From: a bacterium
GTDB taxonomy: Bacteria > Patescibacteriota > Minisyncoccia > Phycocordibacterales > JAUSHB01
Direction: 5' to 3'
DNA: 64,000 nt
Assembly (NCBI GenBank): GCA_030648955.1
Contig: JAUSHB010000010.1
Location: 13,556-77,555 of the forward strand
Positions 39,703-49,374 of the stretch are shown here, one piece after another. How positions within the stretch are numbered: the stretch's first letter is position 1; each line of letters begins with the position of its first letter. A program made the translations under genes and the position numbers. The notes under the pieces were generated by a model, which did no database searches, was not told the origin of the DNA, and worked only from the letters and a program-made list of their open reading frames with translations.

Positions 39703-40359
39703 TTAATTACACGTTGCTTGTTTAATTATTTCTGGATTATCAAACATTACTGTCTCAAGAATATCACTAAATTTAGTTTCTGGATAATCATTTGTGCCAG
39801 AGAAAATGAGAAGTCCCCCTTGTAAAATAATTGCGTATACTTCGGGTCTTCCTGGATTGGCTCTACCATCTCCTACAAAATAAGAAGGTATGCTCTGTAT
39901 CCCTAAGGGGAGGGTGCGTTCACAACTAGGGTTGCCGTCATGAATCCAGCGATTTGTATTCCGATCATAATGTAATTTCTCACTTGCCGCTGCAATTGAG
40001 AATTTAGTATCGAAAGGAGCCATATAGATTTCATGACAGGAAAATTCATTTTCACCGCAGTTCGGAAAAGAAATAGTTATCGAATCATCTTTATTAACTT
40101 GAACACTATTTTCTGCAGGATATTTAAACGATATGTTGTATTTTGTGGAAGAATATGTCTTCCAGCTAGATATCGCTGGGTCATTATCCATAAATAATGA
40201 AGAAGTAGATTGGGTTTGCAGAATATCTTCTGTGGTAAATATTCGATTGTCTGAAGCTAATTTAATTCTCTCCCTACTATAATACCAGACCCCTCCCCAT
40301 AAAATTATTAAGCCCGTAACAAGCAATATGGTTATTGAAATAATAGTTTTATTTTTCAT
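39703..40359 (-). CDS. Membrane-anchored hypothetical protein
   Basis: N-terminal TM; WKTY....SFKYP motif; AT-rich. Confidence 0.7.
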   Translation of the reverse strand: MKNKTIISITILLVTGLIILWGGVWYYSRERIKLASDNRIFTTEDILQTQSTSSLFMDNDPAISSWKTYSSTKYNISFKYPAENSVQVNKDDSITISFPNCGENEFSCHEIYMAPFDTKFSIAAASEKLHYDRNTNRWIHDGNPSCERTLPLGIQSIPSYFVGDGRANPGRPEVYAIILQGGLLIFSGTNDYPETKFSDILETVMFDNPEIIKQATCN

Positions 40360-40387
40360 ACTCTGATTATCTCATACCATGTCTCTT

Positions 40388-41542
40388 CTAATCAACAACC
40401 CCTCCACCAAGACACTCATCTCCATCATAAAGAACCAGTGATTGCCCAGGAGAAGCAATCTGGGAATTAGCGAAAATGATTTCAGCGTTTTTTATATCAA
40501 CGTGAACAATAGTGCACGTTTCGAGTGGTTGACGGTACCGCACACGCGCTGTATACCGATCTCCTTTTTTTGGAGAAACACCCCTTATCCAATTTATGTG
40601 TGAAATGTTGACTCGTTTACGTTCTCCTCCACCTGCAATCTCAAATGGCTCATGCGATACATCAACTCCGCTAATCGGACCGTGCGATACCGTAATTGTA
40701 TTTTTAATAATATCTTTTTCTACAACATAATACGGCACATCATGAGTCCCCTTTTGGGTTATCGTAAATCCATGTCGCTCGCCCAATGTAAAAAATACAG
40801 CACCCTTGTGTTCGCCTATAATTACCCCTTTTACATCAAGCACGTCACCAACTTTTTCCTTTATGAAATGTTTTAGAAAATCTTTCATGTCAAGTTTCCC
40901 CATAAAGCAGAGCCCTTGACTGTCTTTTTTTTCGGCAGTTGGCAAGCCAAATTTCTTCGCAAGTTTTCGCACTTCAGGTTTTTCATATCCGCCGACAGGA
41001 AATAATGTTTTTGAAAGTTCTTTTTGTGTGAGCGTCCATAAAAAATATGACTGGTCTTTTTCTGTATCAACGCCGGCGAGTAATGTATATCCAACCGTAG
41101 ATTTTTTCTGCGTAGGTCTGCGTTTAGTCTGCAAGAATCTACGGTCGCCACGGGCGACACGCGCGTAATGCCCCGTTGCGACAAAATCCGCACCTGCAGC
41201 AATGGCTTTCTTAAAAAACGCACCAAATTTAACGTACTGATTACACATCACATCCGGATTGGGGGTTCTTCCTTTTTTGTATTCGGCGATCATATAATCA
41301 ACCACCTCTTTTTTATATTCCTTTTCAAGATCAAGGGTAATGAATGGAATATCAAGATGCGCCGCTACGCGCATCGCATCAAAACGATCTTCTTTCCATG
41401 TACAGGGCAAGAAGTCCGGCTGCCAGACCTTAATAAAAACCCCGGTGACATCATATCCCTCCTTTTTAAGAAGCGCCGCGGAAACAGAAGAATCAACTCC
41501 CCCTGAAAGTCCCACAAAAACCGTACCCTTGCTTTTATTCAT
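40388..41542 (-). CDS. mnmA: tRNA 2-thiouridylase MnmA
   Basis: SGGVDS, TPNPD..CN, ATGHYA, KDQSYFL and DSQGLCF. Confidence 0.98.
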   Translation of the reverse strand: MNKSKGTVFVGLSGGVDSSVSAALLKKEGYDVTGVFIKVWQPDFLPCTWKEDRFDAMRVAAHLDIPFITLDLEKEYKKEVVDYMIAEYKKGRTPNPDVMCNQYVKFGAFFKKAIAAGADFVATGHYARVARGDRRFLQTKRRPTQKKSTVGYTLLAGVDTEKDQSYFLWTLTQKELSKTLFPVGGYEKPEVRKLAKKFGLPTAEKKDSQGLCFMGKLDMKDFLKHFIKEKVGDVLDVKGVIIGEHKGAVFFTLGERHGFTITQKGTHDVPYYVVEKDIIKNTITVSHGPISGVDVSHEPFEIAGGGERKRVNISHINWIRGVSPKKGDRYTARVRYRQPLETCTIVHVDIKNAEIIFANSQIASPGQSLVLYDGDECLGGGVVD

Positions 41543-41571
41543 AGAAATACTGTAGTATTCGATAGAGAAAT

Positions 41572-41730
41572 TTGCAAGTATTCAAAACTATTTTATTTAT
41601 AACCCCTTCTTTCAACTTACTACTTTCGATCATTGCCATTATTGTTGCACTATTGATTTTCGTGGGAAGTTGGGCAATTATTGACTGGGAAGGAAGGGCG
41701 CAGCGATTTATTAAAGCTGAAAAAAAATAA
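41572..41730 (+). CDS. Possible small membrane protein or gene fragment (52 aa)
   Basis: TTG-started frame with a TM segment, LLLSIIAIIVALLIFVGSWAII. Confidence 0.3.
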   Translation: MQVFKTILFITPSFNLLLSIIAIIVALLIFVGSWAIIDWEGRAQRFIKAEKK

Positions 41731-41821
41731 AAGTTTATTTCCAAATTTCTTTATAAAACCACTGCTGTTGGGCGGTGGTTTTTTGTACCCATAATAACCT
41801 TCCGTAATATCACTCTGCAGC

Positions 41822-42826
41822 TCAAAGGTACTTCGCTTTATTTTTCTTATGTTCCTCAAATGTTTTACTGTAGTGCATCATTCCTTGCTTGTCTGAAAGA
41901 TAGTATAAATACGAAGACGTTTGCGGTTCTATCGTAGCCATGATTGCATCCAGTCCCGGATTTCCAATTGGCCCCTTAGGAAGGCCTTTGTAACGATATG
42001 TATTATAGGGAGAGTCGATTTTTAAATCTTCGAGAGACAATCCTGCAGTTGTTTCACCATTTACATACAAAAATGCCGCATCAACTTGCAGGGGCATGCC
42101 GATTTTCATACGATTCCACAATATTCCAGAAACAAAGCGACGATCTTCCGGGGTCATAGCTTCTCGTTCTATAATAGAAGCCATGATGATTATATCGTGA
42201 AGGGGTTCTCCAAAAGCATTTATCTTATCTTTAATCCCGGCGATTTTTTTATTAAAATTCTCACTCATGATCTTTATACTTTCATCGGGTGAAATATTAG
42301 GATGTAAAAAATATGTGTCGGGGAATAGATATCCTTCTTTTTCTTGGGCTTGTGCAAGAAACATTGATTCATTGAAATTCAAAATTTTCTGCTTGAAAAT
42401 ATGTGCGATTTCGCTCGCCATCGCACCTTCAAGAATAGTCACGCGAATAGGAGTCAAGCCAAATTCTCCGCGCGTAAATCTTCGAGCAACGGATTCCGAT
42501 GAAAGTGGTCTTGTAAAAAAATAATCACCTGCTTGTACGCGCCGTTCCCCCCCTCGAAGAGTGACTGAGATTTCAAAGAGAAGTTCTGACCGGATTAGAT
42601 GTTGCGCCTTAAGAGTGTGTGATATATCGACAAGAGGTATCCCCACTGGTATGGATATAATAGTCCGCACGGGGAAATCTGCGGGCGGACACAGTGTGTA
42701 CCAAATGAATAGCGTGAAAAGCAAGAGCGCAAAGAGAACTGCTCGGATACGAAAATCACACCAACTTTTTTTTAAAAATATTATTATTCGATTACTCAAG
42801 GCAATGTTCTTCATGGCAAACATCAT
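41822..42826 (-). CDS. mltG: Endolytic transglycosylase MltG
   Basis: EGYLFPDTY, ASIIERE, LQVDA and SPYNTY...GLP.GPI.NPG. Confidence 0.96.
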   Translation of the reverse strand: MMFAMKNIALSNRIIIFLKKSWCDFRIRAVLFALLLFTLFIWYTLCPPADFPVRTIISIPVGIPLVDISHTLKAQHLIRSELLFEISVTLRGGERRVQAGDYFFTRPLSSESVARRFTRGEFGLTPIRVTILEGAMASEIAHIFKQKILNFNESMFLAQAQEKEGYLFPDTYFLHPNISPDESIKIMSENFNKKIAGIKDKINAFGEPLHDIIIMASIIEREAMTPEDRRFVSGILWNRMKIGMPLQVDAAFLYVNGETTAGLSLEDLKIDSPYNTYRYKGLPKGPIGNPGLDAIMATIEPQTSSYLYYLSDKQGMMHYSKTFEEHKKNKAKYL

Positions 42827-42838
42827 TAATCAATTTAT

Positions 42839-44065
42839 TTACACAGGAAGGTTTGGAGGGGGTTCGGCTTTACGCGACTCAATACGTCCGAAAGTCGGAG
42901 TCTGAAGAACACCGCCGGGGAAATGGTAGATGGTAGCCAATTCTTCGGTGTTTAATATAAACGGTTTCCATTGAAACGGCTTGTAAAAATATCCCCGACT
43001 TTTATATGCCTTAAATAAATCAATTTTTTTCTTTGTTACGCGATACTTGTTGTAATCCTGCCATGGAAAATCAAATGACGTAACTCGTGTAGGCTTAAAG
43101 CCATTGAGATCATTGGTCGTATATTGTCGTAAAATCCCCATAAGTCCTTTGATGTGCGTACCATTAAATGAGTCTTTTTTTGCAAGATACATCGCGCGAA
43201 TTCCACAATCAAATCCTAATTTGGAAATACTGCGATTCAGTGCTTTGATTAAATCTTGTTCTGCCGTGGTAAGAAATCTCCCCGTTTTACCCTCTCCTTT
43301 CGGTTGTGATTTTTCGGTAATTTTACTTATCAAATCTTTGCCCTCATCTTTCCAACTTCGCATTCCCCACCCCATAAAACTATCCGGGTCCCGGTGACGA
43401 TCTTCGGCAGCACGAATTAATATCTGAATCCAAAATTGTTCATCCTTCTCCATTGTACCCAAAAATTCAAGCGTTGCTGTCATGGGGTCAGTTTTGAATT
43501 CTTCCTTGGTTGATTCTCTATCAAGACCATAATCGACATACGTTTTGATCGGATATGCATCTTCTTTTGAAAGAACAAACTCGGTTCCGAAAATTTCCCA
43601 CGAAGATTCTTTGCCGACATATTTTACATAACGAGTATAGTCGGGAACTTCATAAATTTCTACTTGAGGGTATTGTGCGTAAATCTGCGACTCAATAAGA
43701 TTTTTGTACACTTTATTGGTACGAATGAAAAACTTCACCGCGCCACCGAGTGACACCATTTCAAGAGAAAACCAATCTCGCACACGACCCTTGAAATACC
43801 AGTCATACCACGTCCCCTTGCTTGTTTGAAAAAATACATTAAGTAAAAGCTCCATCGCAAGGGGTGGTTTTGTAATTTCTCTTGGAAGTCTTACCTCAAG
43901 GATGACCCACTCAATCTTTGAAAGATATACCGCGCGAATATAATAGAGCCAAATGCGCCACAACACAATGAGAAGTACGAAAGGACCCCAAAAAACAAGA
44001 TAGCGAAAGGCTGCTTCGTAGATACTTAAAACTTGCCCGAATAGTTGAAAAAGCTGTTCAAACAT
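42839..44065 (-). CDS. Conserved CPR membrane-anchored hypothetical protein
   Basis: FSLE, IYAQYP..EI, YPIKTY and EELATIYHFP motifs, recalled from CPR proteins related to conjugation-ATPase N-termini. Confidence 0.7.
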   Translation of the reverse strand: MFEQLFQLFGQVLSIYEAAFRYLVFWGPFVLLIVLWRIWLYYIRAVYLSKIEWVILEVRLPREITKPPLAMELLLNVFFQTSKGTWYDWYFKGRVRDWFSLEMVSLGGAVKFFIRTNKVYKNLIESQIYAQYPQVEIYEVPDYTRYVKYVGKESSWEIFGTEFVLSKEDAYPIKTYVDYGLDRESTKEEFKTDPMTATLEFLGTMEKDEQFWIQILIRAAEDRHRDPDSFMGWGMRSWKDEGKDLISKITEKSQPKGEGKTGRFLTTAEQDLIKALNRSISKLGFDCGIRAMYLAKKDSFNGTHIKGLMGILRQYTTNDLNGFKPTRVTSFDFPWQDYNKYRVTKKKIDLFKAYKSRGYFYKPFQWKPFILNTEELATIYHFPGGVLQTPTFGRIESRKAEPPPNLPV

Positions 44066-44161
44066 ATGTTCCTTGTATCATATCGCACAATATCGATTTT
44101 AGGTAGTGGAATAAAGCTTCCAGAGCTTCATAAGCTTCGTTAGCTTTCTGAAGACTTAAAA

Positions 44162-44190
44162 GGGATTTGGAAGCAAGGCTTCCAAATCCC
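44162..44190. repeat. REP-like palindrome inside an aagct array
   Basis: gggatttggaagc-aag-gcttccaaatccc. Confidence 0.7.
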
Positions 44191-44225
44191 GCAAGCTCCT
44201 GAAGCTATTGAAGCTCTGTCTTTGT

Positions 44226-45257
44226 CTATGCCGTAACTCGATATTTCCCTTTCTCGTCTCGTGCAAAATAATTGCTGTTTTGAAGATTTACCATAATAGT
44301 ATTTTCTTTCACCTGTCGTTCTTTGAGCACACGATCTACAATTTCTTTTTTTGTAAGGGGTCCCTCTTTTTTGAGAATCTTGCCAATAACATCACGCACA
44401 ACACCGCCTTCATAGCCCCATTGAGAGAGAGCGTAGAGACCTCGTCCAACAAGAACAAAACGTTTGTCTTTTATAAGTTCGTTGTGTGTTGTTGCAATAT
44501 GAGCACGCTTTCCAAAAACATCTGATATTGTTTTCGCGACATCGGTAAAATGCATGGGATTTCCTTGTTTTCGAAGCACTAAAAAAGCGTAATCTCTCAC
44601 ACCACGTGCAGACACATTGGGTGATGTTGAAACGCCCCATTCCCCCATAAGATTTCTTTTAATCTTTTTTGAAAGAAAAAGCCATCGTTTGAGAATTTCT
44701 TCATTTTTATATTGTTCTGAAATGTCTTTGAGGTGGTCAAGAAAGGAAGCGATCATTTCTGCTTCAGAAATAAGATCGTCGTCTGAAATATTTTCAAATA
44801 ATTTTTTGAGAGATTGATGAACTCTTTCGGCTATATTTTTATCGACAACCCAGCGATTCTTAAAGTGTTCATCTTCTTTGTGTTTCTCAAAAAGATGCCC
44901 GAGTACGAGTAAAAAGTTTATATTATTCTGAATAATTTTATCTGTTGAAATGTGCGTCAAAAGGCTTTCTTCGTCCACTACTCCACCCAATGAAACAAGT
45001 ACATCCTTAAGGTCGCTAAATGATTCCTGTGATTGCTTGAAAACTTCAGATTTTCTAATAATTTCAAGTGCAGCATTTTCAATCTGACGCACTCTCTCTC
45101 GTGTAATTGAGTACTTTTTCCCTATTGCCTCAAGCGTCATTTTCTTCCCATCACTCAATCCAAAACGGCCCTCGATTACGTTTCGGGCTCGCTCCGGTAT
45201 TACGGTAAGAAGTTTCTTAACAACTTGTTTGGGCTTGAAGGCTATAGTTTTTGCCAT
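44226..45257 (-). CDS. Sigma70 region-4 HTH + HARE-HTH domain protein
   Basis: RFGL...TLEAIG....TRERVRQIE; HNELI...RFVLVGRGLYAL. Confidence 0.85.
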   Translation of the reverse strand: MAKTIAFKPKQVVKKLLTVIPERARNVIEGRFGLSDGKKMTLEAIGKKYSITRERVRQIENAALEIIRKSEVFKQSQESFSDLKDVLVSLGGVVDEESLLTHISTDKIIQNNINFLLVLGHLFEKHKEDEHFKNRWVVDKNIAERVHQSLKKLFENISDDDLISEAEMIASFLDHLKDISEQYKNEEILKRWLFLSKKIKRNLMGEWGVSTSPNVSARGVRDYAFLVLRKQGNPMHFTDVAKTISDVFGKRAHIATTHNELIKDKRFVLVGRGLYALSQWGYEGGVVRDVIGKILKKEGPLTKKEIVDRVLKERQVKENTIMVNLQNSNYFARDEKGKYRVTA

Positions 45258-45350
45258 GGGGAGAATATTTATACTATTTGATAATTAATATATGGTTGCT
45301 ATATTTTTAGCATTAATGGAGAAATAAGTCAAATATTTGCACTGGGTCAG

Positions 45351-46703
45351 TGTATAGTTGACAGTAGACGAGCCCCTTGAAAACAATGAACAACCTGAAA
45401 ATACCGCTAAGAAACGACTGGCTGGGGGAGATCAAAAGGCGTAGCCTTGAGCGTATGCGAAATACTGCTGAAAAGGAGCTGAATCCAAACCATTACCAAT
45501 TGTCGAGCGAGGCAAAGAAGAGACTATGCTGGATGTATGCGCTTTACAAAGAACAGGGCGGGAATGTGACTGTCGCTGCACGCAATATCGGGATTTCCAG
45601 ACAGTGGCTGTCGGAGCTGAAGGCAGTCTTTGAAAAGCACAGGAAAGATCCCCGCTCGCTTGAACCGGAATCGAAAGCTCCAAAGAATACGCGGAACAGA
45701 AAAAGGATATCGAAGGAAGTGGAGGGTAAGATACTGGAAGTGAGGGCTCTGTCAAAGAATGTGTGGGGAAAACAGAAGATTGCGGTGGTGCTTCTGCGAG
45801 ACCATCACATCGTCGTTGCCCCCAACACCGTGAACAAATATCTGCACAAACACAAGAAGATTGACCCAAAAATATCACTGAAGAATGAGCGTGCATGGAA
45901 AGCAAAATTGGAAAGAGAGAAACCGGAAGCAGAGTTGTTTGTAAGATACCGCCCGCCGAAAGCAATCAGAAAGCAATCAAGGATTTGGCACCGGGAGCAC
46001 TTGTGGAGAAAGACATGAAATATGCTGTAAAACCAAGCTCAAACGATACACACGGCACCGTGAGCAACTTCTGGTATCAACATACAGCAACAGATTCTTT
46101 TACGAGAATCCGAGCACTCACGCTCGCGAAAGACAGCACCGCAGATGGCTCTGCAATTGCGTATGCGGAGTCAAAAGAAAAGTTTCCATTCCGTACCGCA
46201 TGTGCGAACACCGACAATGGGAGCGAGAACAAGGGGGAGCTCCGCGAGATGCTCAAGAAAGATACCGTCTTCCACTTCTACTCAAACGCAGGGACTCCAA
46301 CTGACAATCCGAGAGTCGAGAGATCGCACCTCACGGATGAGCTTGAGTTCTACCAGAAAGGCGGTTTCAAGAAAACATTTGGGGAGCAACAAGAAGCGAC
46401 GGCAGTATGGGAGCACTTCTACAACTTCGTGAGACCGCATCAAGCACTGGGATACCTGACACCGATGGCATTCTATGAATTATGGAAAACGGATGAAGAA
46501 AGTGCGTTTGAAATCGTGGGGAAATATCAAAAGTATTTGGCGAAACAAAGTAAGAGGCTTGCGGGGGCGAGGAGGATTAAAAAGACGGAGCAAGTACAAA
46601 AACTTATGGAATTTATCGATGTAAAATTAAATCAAAAGGTCGGACTAAAAAGAGCTAAAGAAGCTCTGATCAACTGTCAATTATGTTCCATAGCTTGAAC
46701 ACA
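45351..46703 (+). mobile_element. IS481-like element
   Basis: TGT...ACA ends; partial inverted repeat atagttgacagt / actgtcaattat; left end uncertain. Confidence 0.7.
45386..46698 (+). pseudogene. IS481-like DDE transposase frameshifted by an 11-bp tandem duplication (45958..45979)
   Basis: HTH; TDNGSE, N..VERSH, YNF.RPHQALGYLTP; gaaagcaatca x2. Confidence 0.85.
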
Positions 46704-46705
46704 AT

Positions 46706-46759
46706 CGAATGGCCTCACCAAAAATCTAAGTGTGGCAAGTATCGTGACCTCACGAAAAA
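46706..46759 (+). mobile_element. Orphan IS left end, homologous to 47942..47995
   Basis: cgaatggcctcaccaaaaat...gtatcgtgacctcacgaaaaa with identical 33-bp spacing. Confidence 0.85.
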
Positions 46760-46839
46760 TCTAACTGTGAGATATTGACAGAGGAGATCGGGAATTCAAA
46801 TATTACGCCACACAATTACCGAAACAATTACGGCTGTCC

Positions 46840-46879
46840 CTATTATCCCACCTATTATCCCACCTATTATCTATTATCT
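46840..46879. repeat. Short tandem repeat
   Basis: (ctattatcccac)x2 (ctattat)x2. Confidence 0.8.
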
Positions 46880-46898
46880 TTATAAAAAACACACCATT

Positions 46899-47363
46899 TT
46901 ACTTATTTGTATTTATTTTTTTGAAATGTAAAAAACCAATAACCACAGTACTAATCCCAATGCTCAATGTAACCACATCGACAATCTGCAAAAAAATATA
47001 AGAATCGTATCCTCTTGGTAATAATATTACTCCACCAAATACTATCAGAAACAAGCTCGCAAGAAACATATTAGCAAGACTGACTACATGGAGAATTACA
47101 TAACAATCACTAAAATTACTCCCACTAATCCAATTTTTTTTGTTAAAAATAATGAAGGGTGCGCCATACAGCGCAACTCCTAAAATGCCCAGAAATGGGT
47201 CGTACCATGAGGGTGCGGCGGGTTCAAAGATTATTGAAAATAAATAAATATACACTGAAAAAAACGTGACCCATTTATACACAGCGACACTCAATTGAGA
47301 GATTCTGTGCTCCTTGTACATTTGCATTGCAAGTAACGGATTAAAGAATTTTTGTATATTCAT
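46899..47363 (-). CDS. 4-TM membrane protein
   Basis: Hydrophobic AT-rich ORF; likely start MNIQKF. Confidence 0.65.
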   Translation of the reverse strand: MNIQKFFNPLLAMQMYKEHRISQLSVAVYKWVTFFSVYIYLFSIIFEPAAPSWYDPFLGILGVALYGAPFIIFNKKNWISGSNFSDCYVILHVVSLANMFLASLFLIVFGGVILLPRGYDSYIFLQIVDVVTLSIGISTVVIGFLHFKKINTNK

Positions 47364-47461
47364 ATATATTAAAATAATGATGCCCAAATATCCTGTACCA
47401 ACCATTTAAAAAATTCCTTGATTTTTAAGAGTGTTTTCTTTATCATATTTTGTTACAAAAA

Positions 47462-47485
47462 GTGGGTTGGATAAATCCAACCCAC
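47462..47485 (-). terminator. Intrinsic terminator
   Basis: gtgggttggat-aa-atccaacccac followed by a T-run on the minus strand. Confidence 0.8.
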
Positions 47486-47502
47486 CGAAGGTTACTGTAT
47501 TT

Positions 47503-47826
47503 TCAACATGAAGGCTGTTGAATGGTTGGTGCACAAGCTTTTAGTGGTGAAAACAAGGTAAAGCGAGAATCGCTTCCTATCCAGCCAGCAATTACATTGT
47601 AAGTTGCACCTATGATTTTATTGATAAACCACCCCTCCCCCCTCATCTCCGCCGCATCAGCATCCGAGAGCGGAAGACCGATCTTCTCGATCTCTGCCAG
47701 AGCTGCGGTTGGGTTTGACGCTAAGGCGTGGTTGATTTCACCTGCGGAAACAAATGAAGGAACAAGTGCAGTACACGCAATGGTGATTGCGATTGCAACG
47801 GATGCTACCTTTTTCTTCAAAAGCAT
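47503..47826 (-). CDS. Secreted small protein, bacteriocin-precursor-like
   Basis: GGAGG SD; signal peptide; LSDADAAEMRG leader-like motif. Confidence 0.7.
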   Translation of the reverse strand: MLLKKKVASVAIAITIACTALVPSFVSAGEINHALASNPTAALAEIEKIGLPLSDADAAEMRGEGWFINKIIGATYNVIAGWIGSDSRFTLFSPLKACAPTIQQPSC

Positions 47827-47941
47827 GAGTGACCTCCTAGGGTCGCGAGTGGTATCTATGGTGTTAAGGGGCTACTTTTCAGGTACGGTGATCTGTATCT
47901 AGGGGAGAGTATATATGAAGTGTGGCGTGTTGTAAATACCC

Positions 47942-49263
47942 CGAATGGCCTCACCAAAAATGTTACCAGCCAAGGTATCGTGACCTCACGAAAAAGGTTA
48001 CCAAGGATTAGTATTGGTGCATATGAAAATGCATACAAAACATGAAGTAACAAAAGAGATACTACCAAGATATTTAAAGGCCAGTAAAGACGAAAAGGGG
48101 AAAATTCTAGATGAGTTTGGAGCTATCACGGGATATCATAAAAAATCGGCGATTAGAAAACTACGAGAACTTCAAATGACTCCGCATAGTAAGGAAGGCA
48201 TAGCGGGGAAACATACGAGAAATCGTGAAAGAAAATACGACGGGTATGTCGAGGTTGTTGTGGAACAACTATATGAAGCTTTGGGTGGTATCGGTTCAAG
48301 AAGAATATATCCCTTACTTGAGACAATGATTGATAAAGGAATTGAGTTTGGACATATTAAAACTGATCCGATAACAGAAATGAAAGTTCGCGTCATGAGC
48401 AAAAGCACTCTTGATCGGATGATTACGCGGGTCAGAGAAAGAAATGCCATCAAAGGTATTTCAACGACCAGGCCGGGAACACTGTTGAAAAGCGAGATAC
48501 CGCTTCGGGTCGGCGTGTGGGAAGAAACAGATCCCGGGTTTTCCGAGATTGATCTGGTTGCTCACTGCGGAGACAGTGGTGCTGGAATGTTCATTTCGAC
48601 CTTAAATACCACGGATATTGCGACAGCTTGGTTTGAGGCGGAAGCTGTCATGGGTAAAGCTCAAGAACGCGTATTGGACGGTATGCGAGAGATTGAAGCG
48701 AGACTGCCTTTTACTCTCGCCGGTATCGATTCCGACAATGGATCAGAATTCATCAATCGTCAGTTGTATGGATATTGTTTAAAAAACAAAATCATTTTTA
48801 CCAGATCAAGGCCGTACAAGAAAAATGACAATGCACATATCGAGCAGAAGAATTATACGACCGTCAGACAAGTATTGGGATACCAAAGATTTGATACTGA
48901 AGAAGTACTTAAGCTGATGAAAACTTTGTATCGCGGACCGCTTCGATTGTACATTAATTTTTTTCAGCCTTCAGTAAAATGTGTGAAGAAAACAAGAATC
49001 GGTTCGAGAATCAAGAAAATATATGATGTGGCTAAAACTCCGTATGAACGAGTGCTTGCTCATCCAAAGATATCACAGAAAACAAAAGAGACGCTTACGC
49101 GTCTCTTTAAGAGTCTTGATCCATTCGAACTAAGAAAAGAAATTGATGTCTTGGTTAGAGAAATTCAAAAGCGCGGACGATGGCATTTGTGATATACTTT
49201 TTGCATTAAAAGTTAATCGCGCCCAGATTAATCCTCGGTAACATTCTTAGATGAGGTCATGCG
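47942..49263 (+). mobile_element. ISNCY-type insertion sequence
   Basis: Left end cgaatggcctcaccaaaaatgttacc; right end reverse complement cgcatgacctcatctaagaatgttacc. Confidence 0.85.
48023..49192 (+). CDS. DDE (rve) transposase, apparently intact
   Basis: EIDLVAHCG, DSDNGSEF and RPYKKNDNAHIEQKN. Confidence 0.92.
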   Translation: MKMHTKHEVTKEILPRYLKASKDEKGKILDEFGAITGYHKKSAIRKLRELQMTPHSKEGIAGKHTRNRERKYDGYVEVVVEQLYEALGGIGSRRIYPLLETMIDKGIEFGHIKTDPITEMKVRVMSKSTLDRMITRVRERNAIKGISTTRPGTLLKSEIPLRVGVWEETDPGFSEIDLVAHCGDSGAGMFISTLNTTDIATAWFEAEAVMGKAQERVLDGMREIEARLPFTLAGIDSDNGSEFINRQLYGYCLKNKIIFTRSRPYKKNDNAHIEQKNYTTVRQVLGYQRFDTEEVLKLMKTLYRGPLRLYINFFQPSVKCVKKTRIGSRIKKIYDVAKTPYERVLAHPKISQKTKETLTRLFKSLDPFELRKEIDVLVREIQKRGRWHL

Positions 49264-49374
49264 TCCCCCTTCATACAGCTCTACCCTTATGATCTGACAA
49301 GAAGTGAGAGTGACTTAGAACCTGCCTAAAATCTCACCGCACAGTAACCCAATACATACAATGCTTGTCGTCCG

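Noticed and set aside
45895-46018. Programmed ribosomal frameshift in the transposase
   Set aside because: An exact 11-bp tandem duplication fully explains the frame change.
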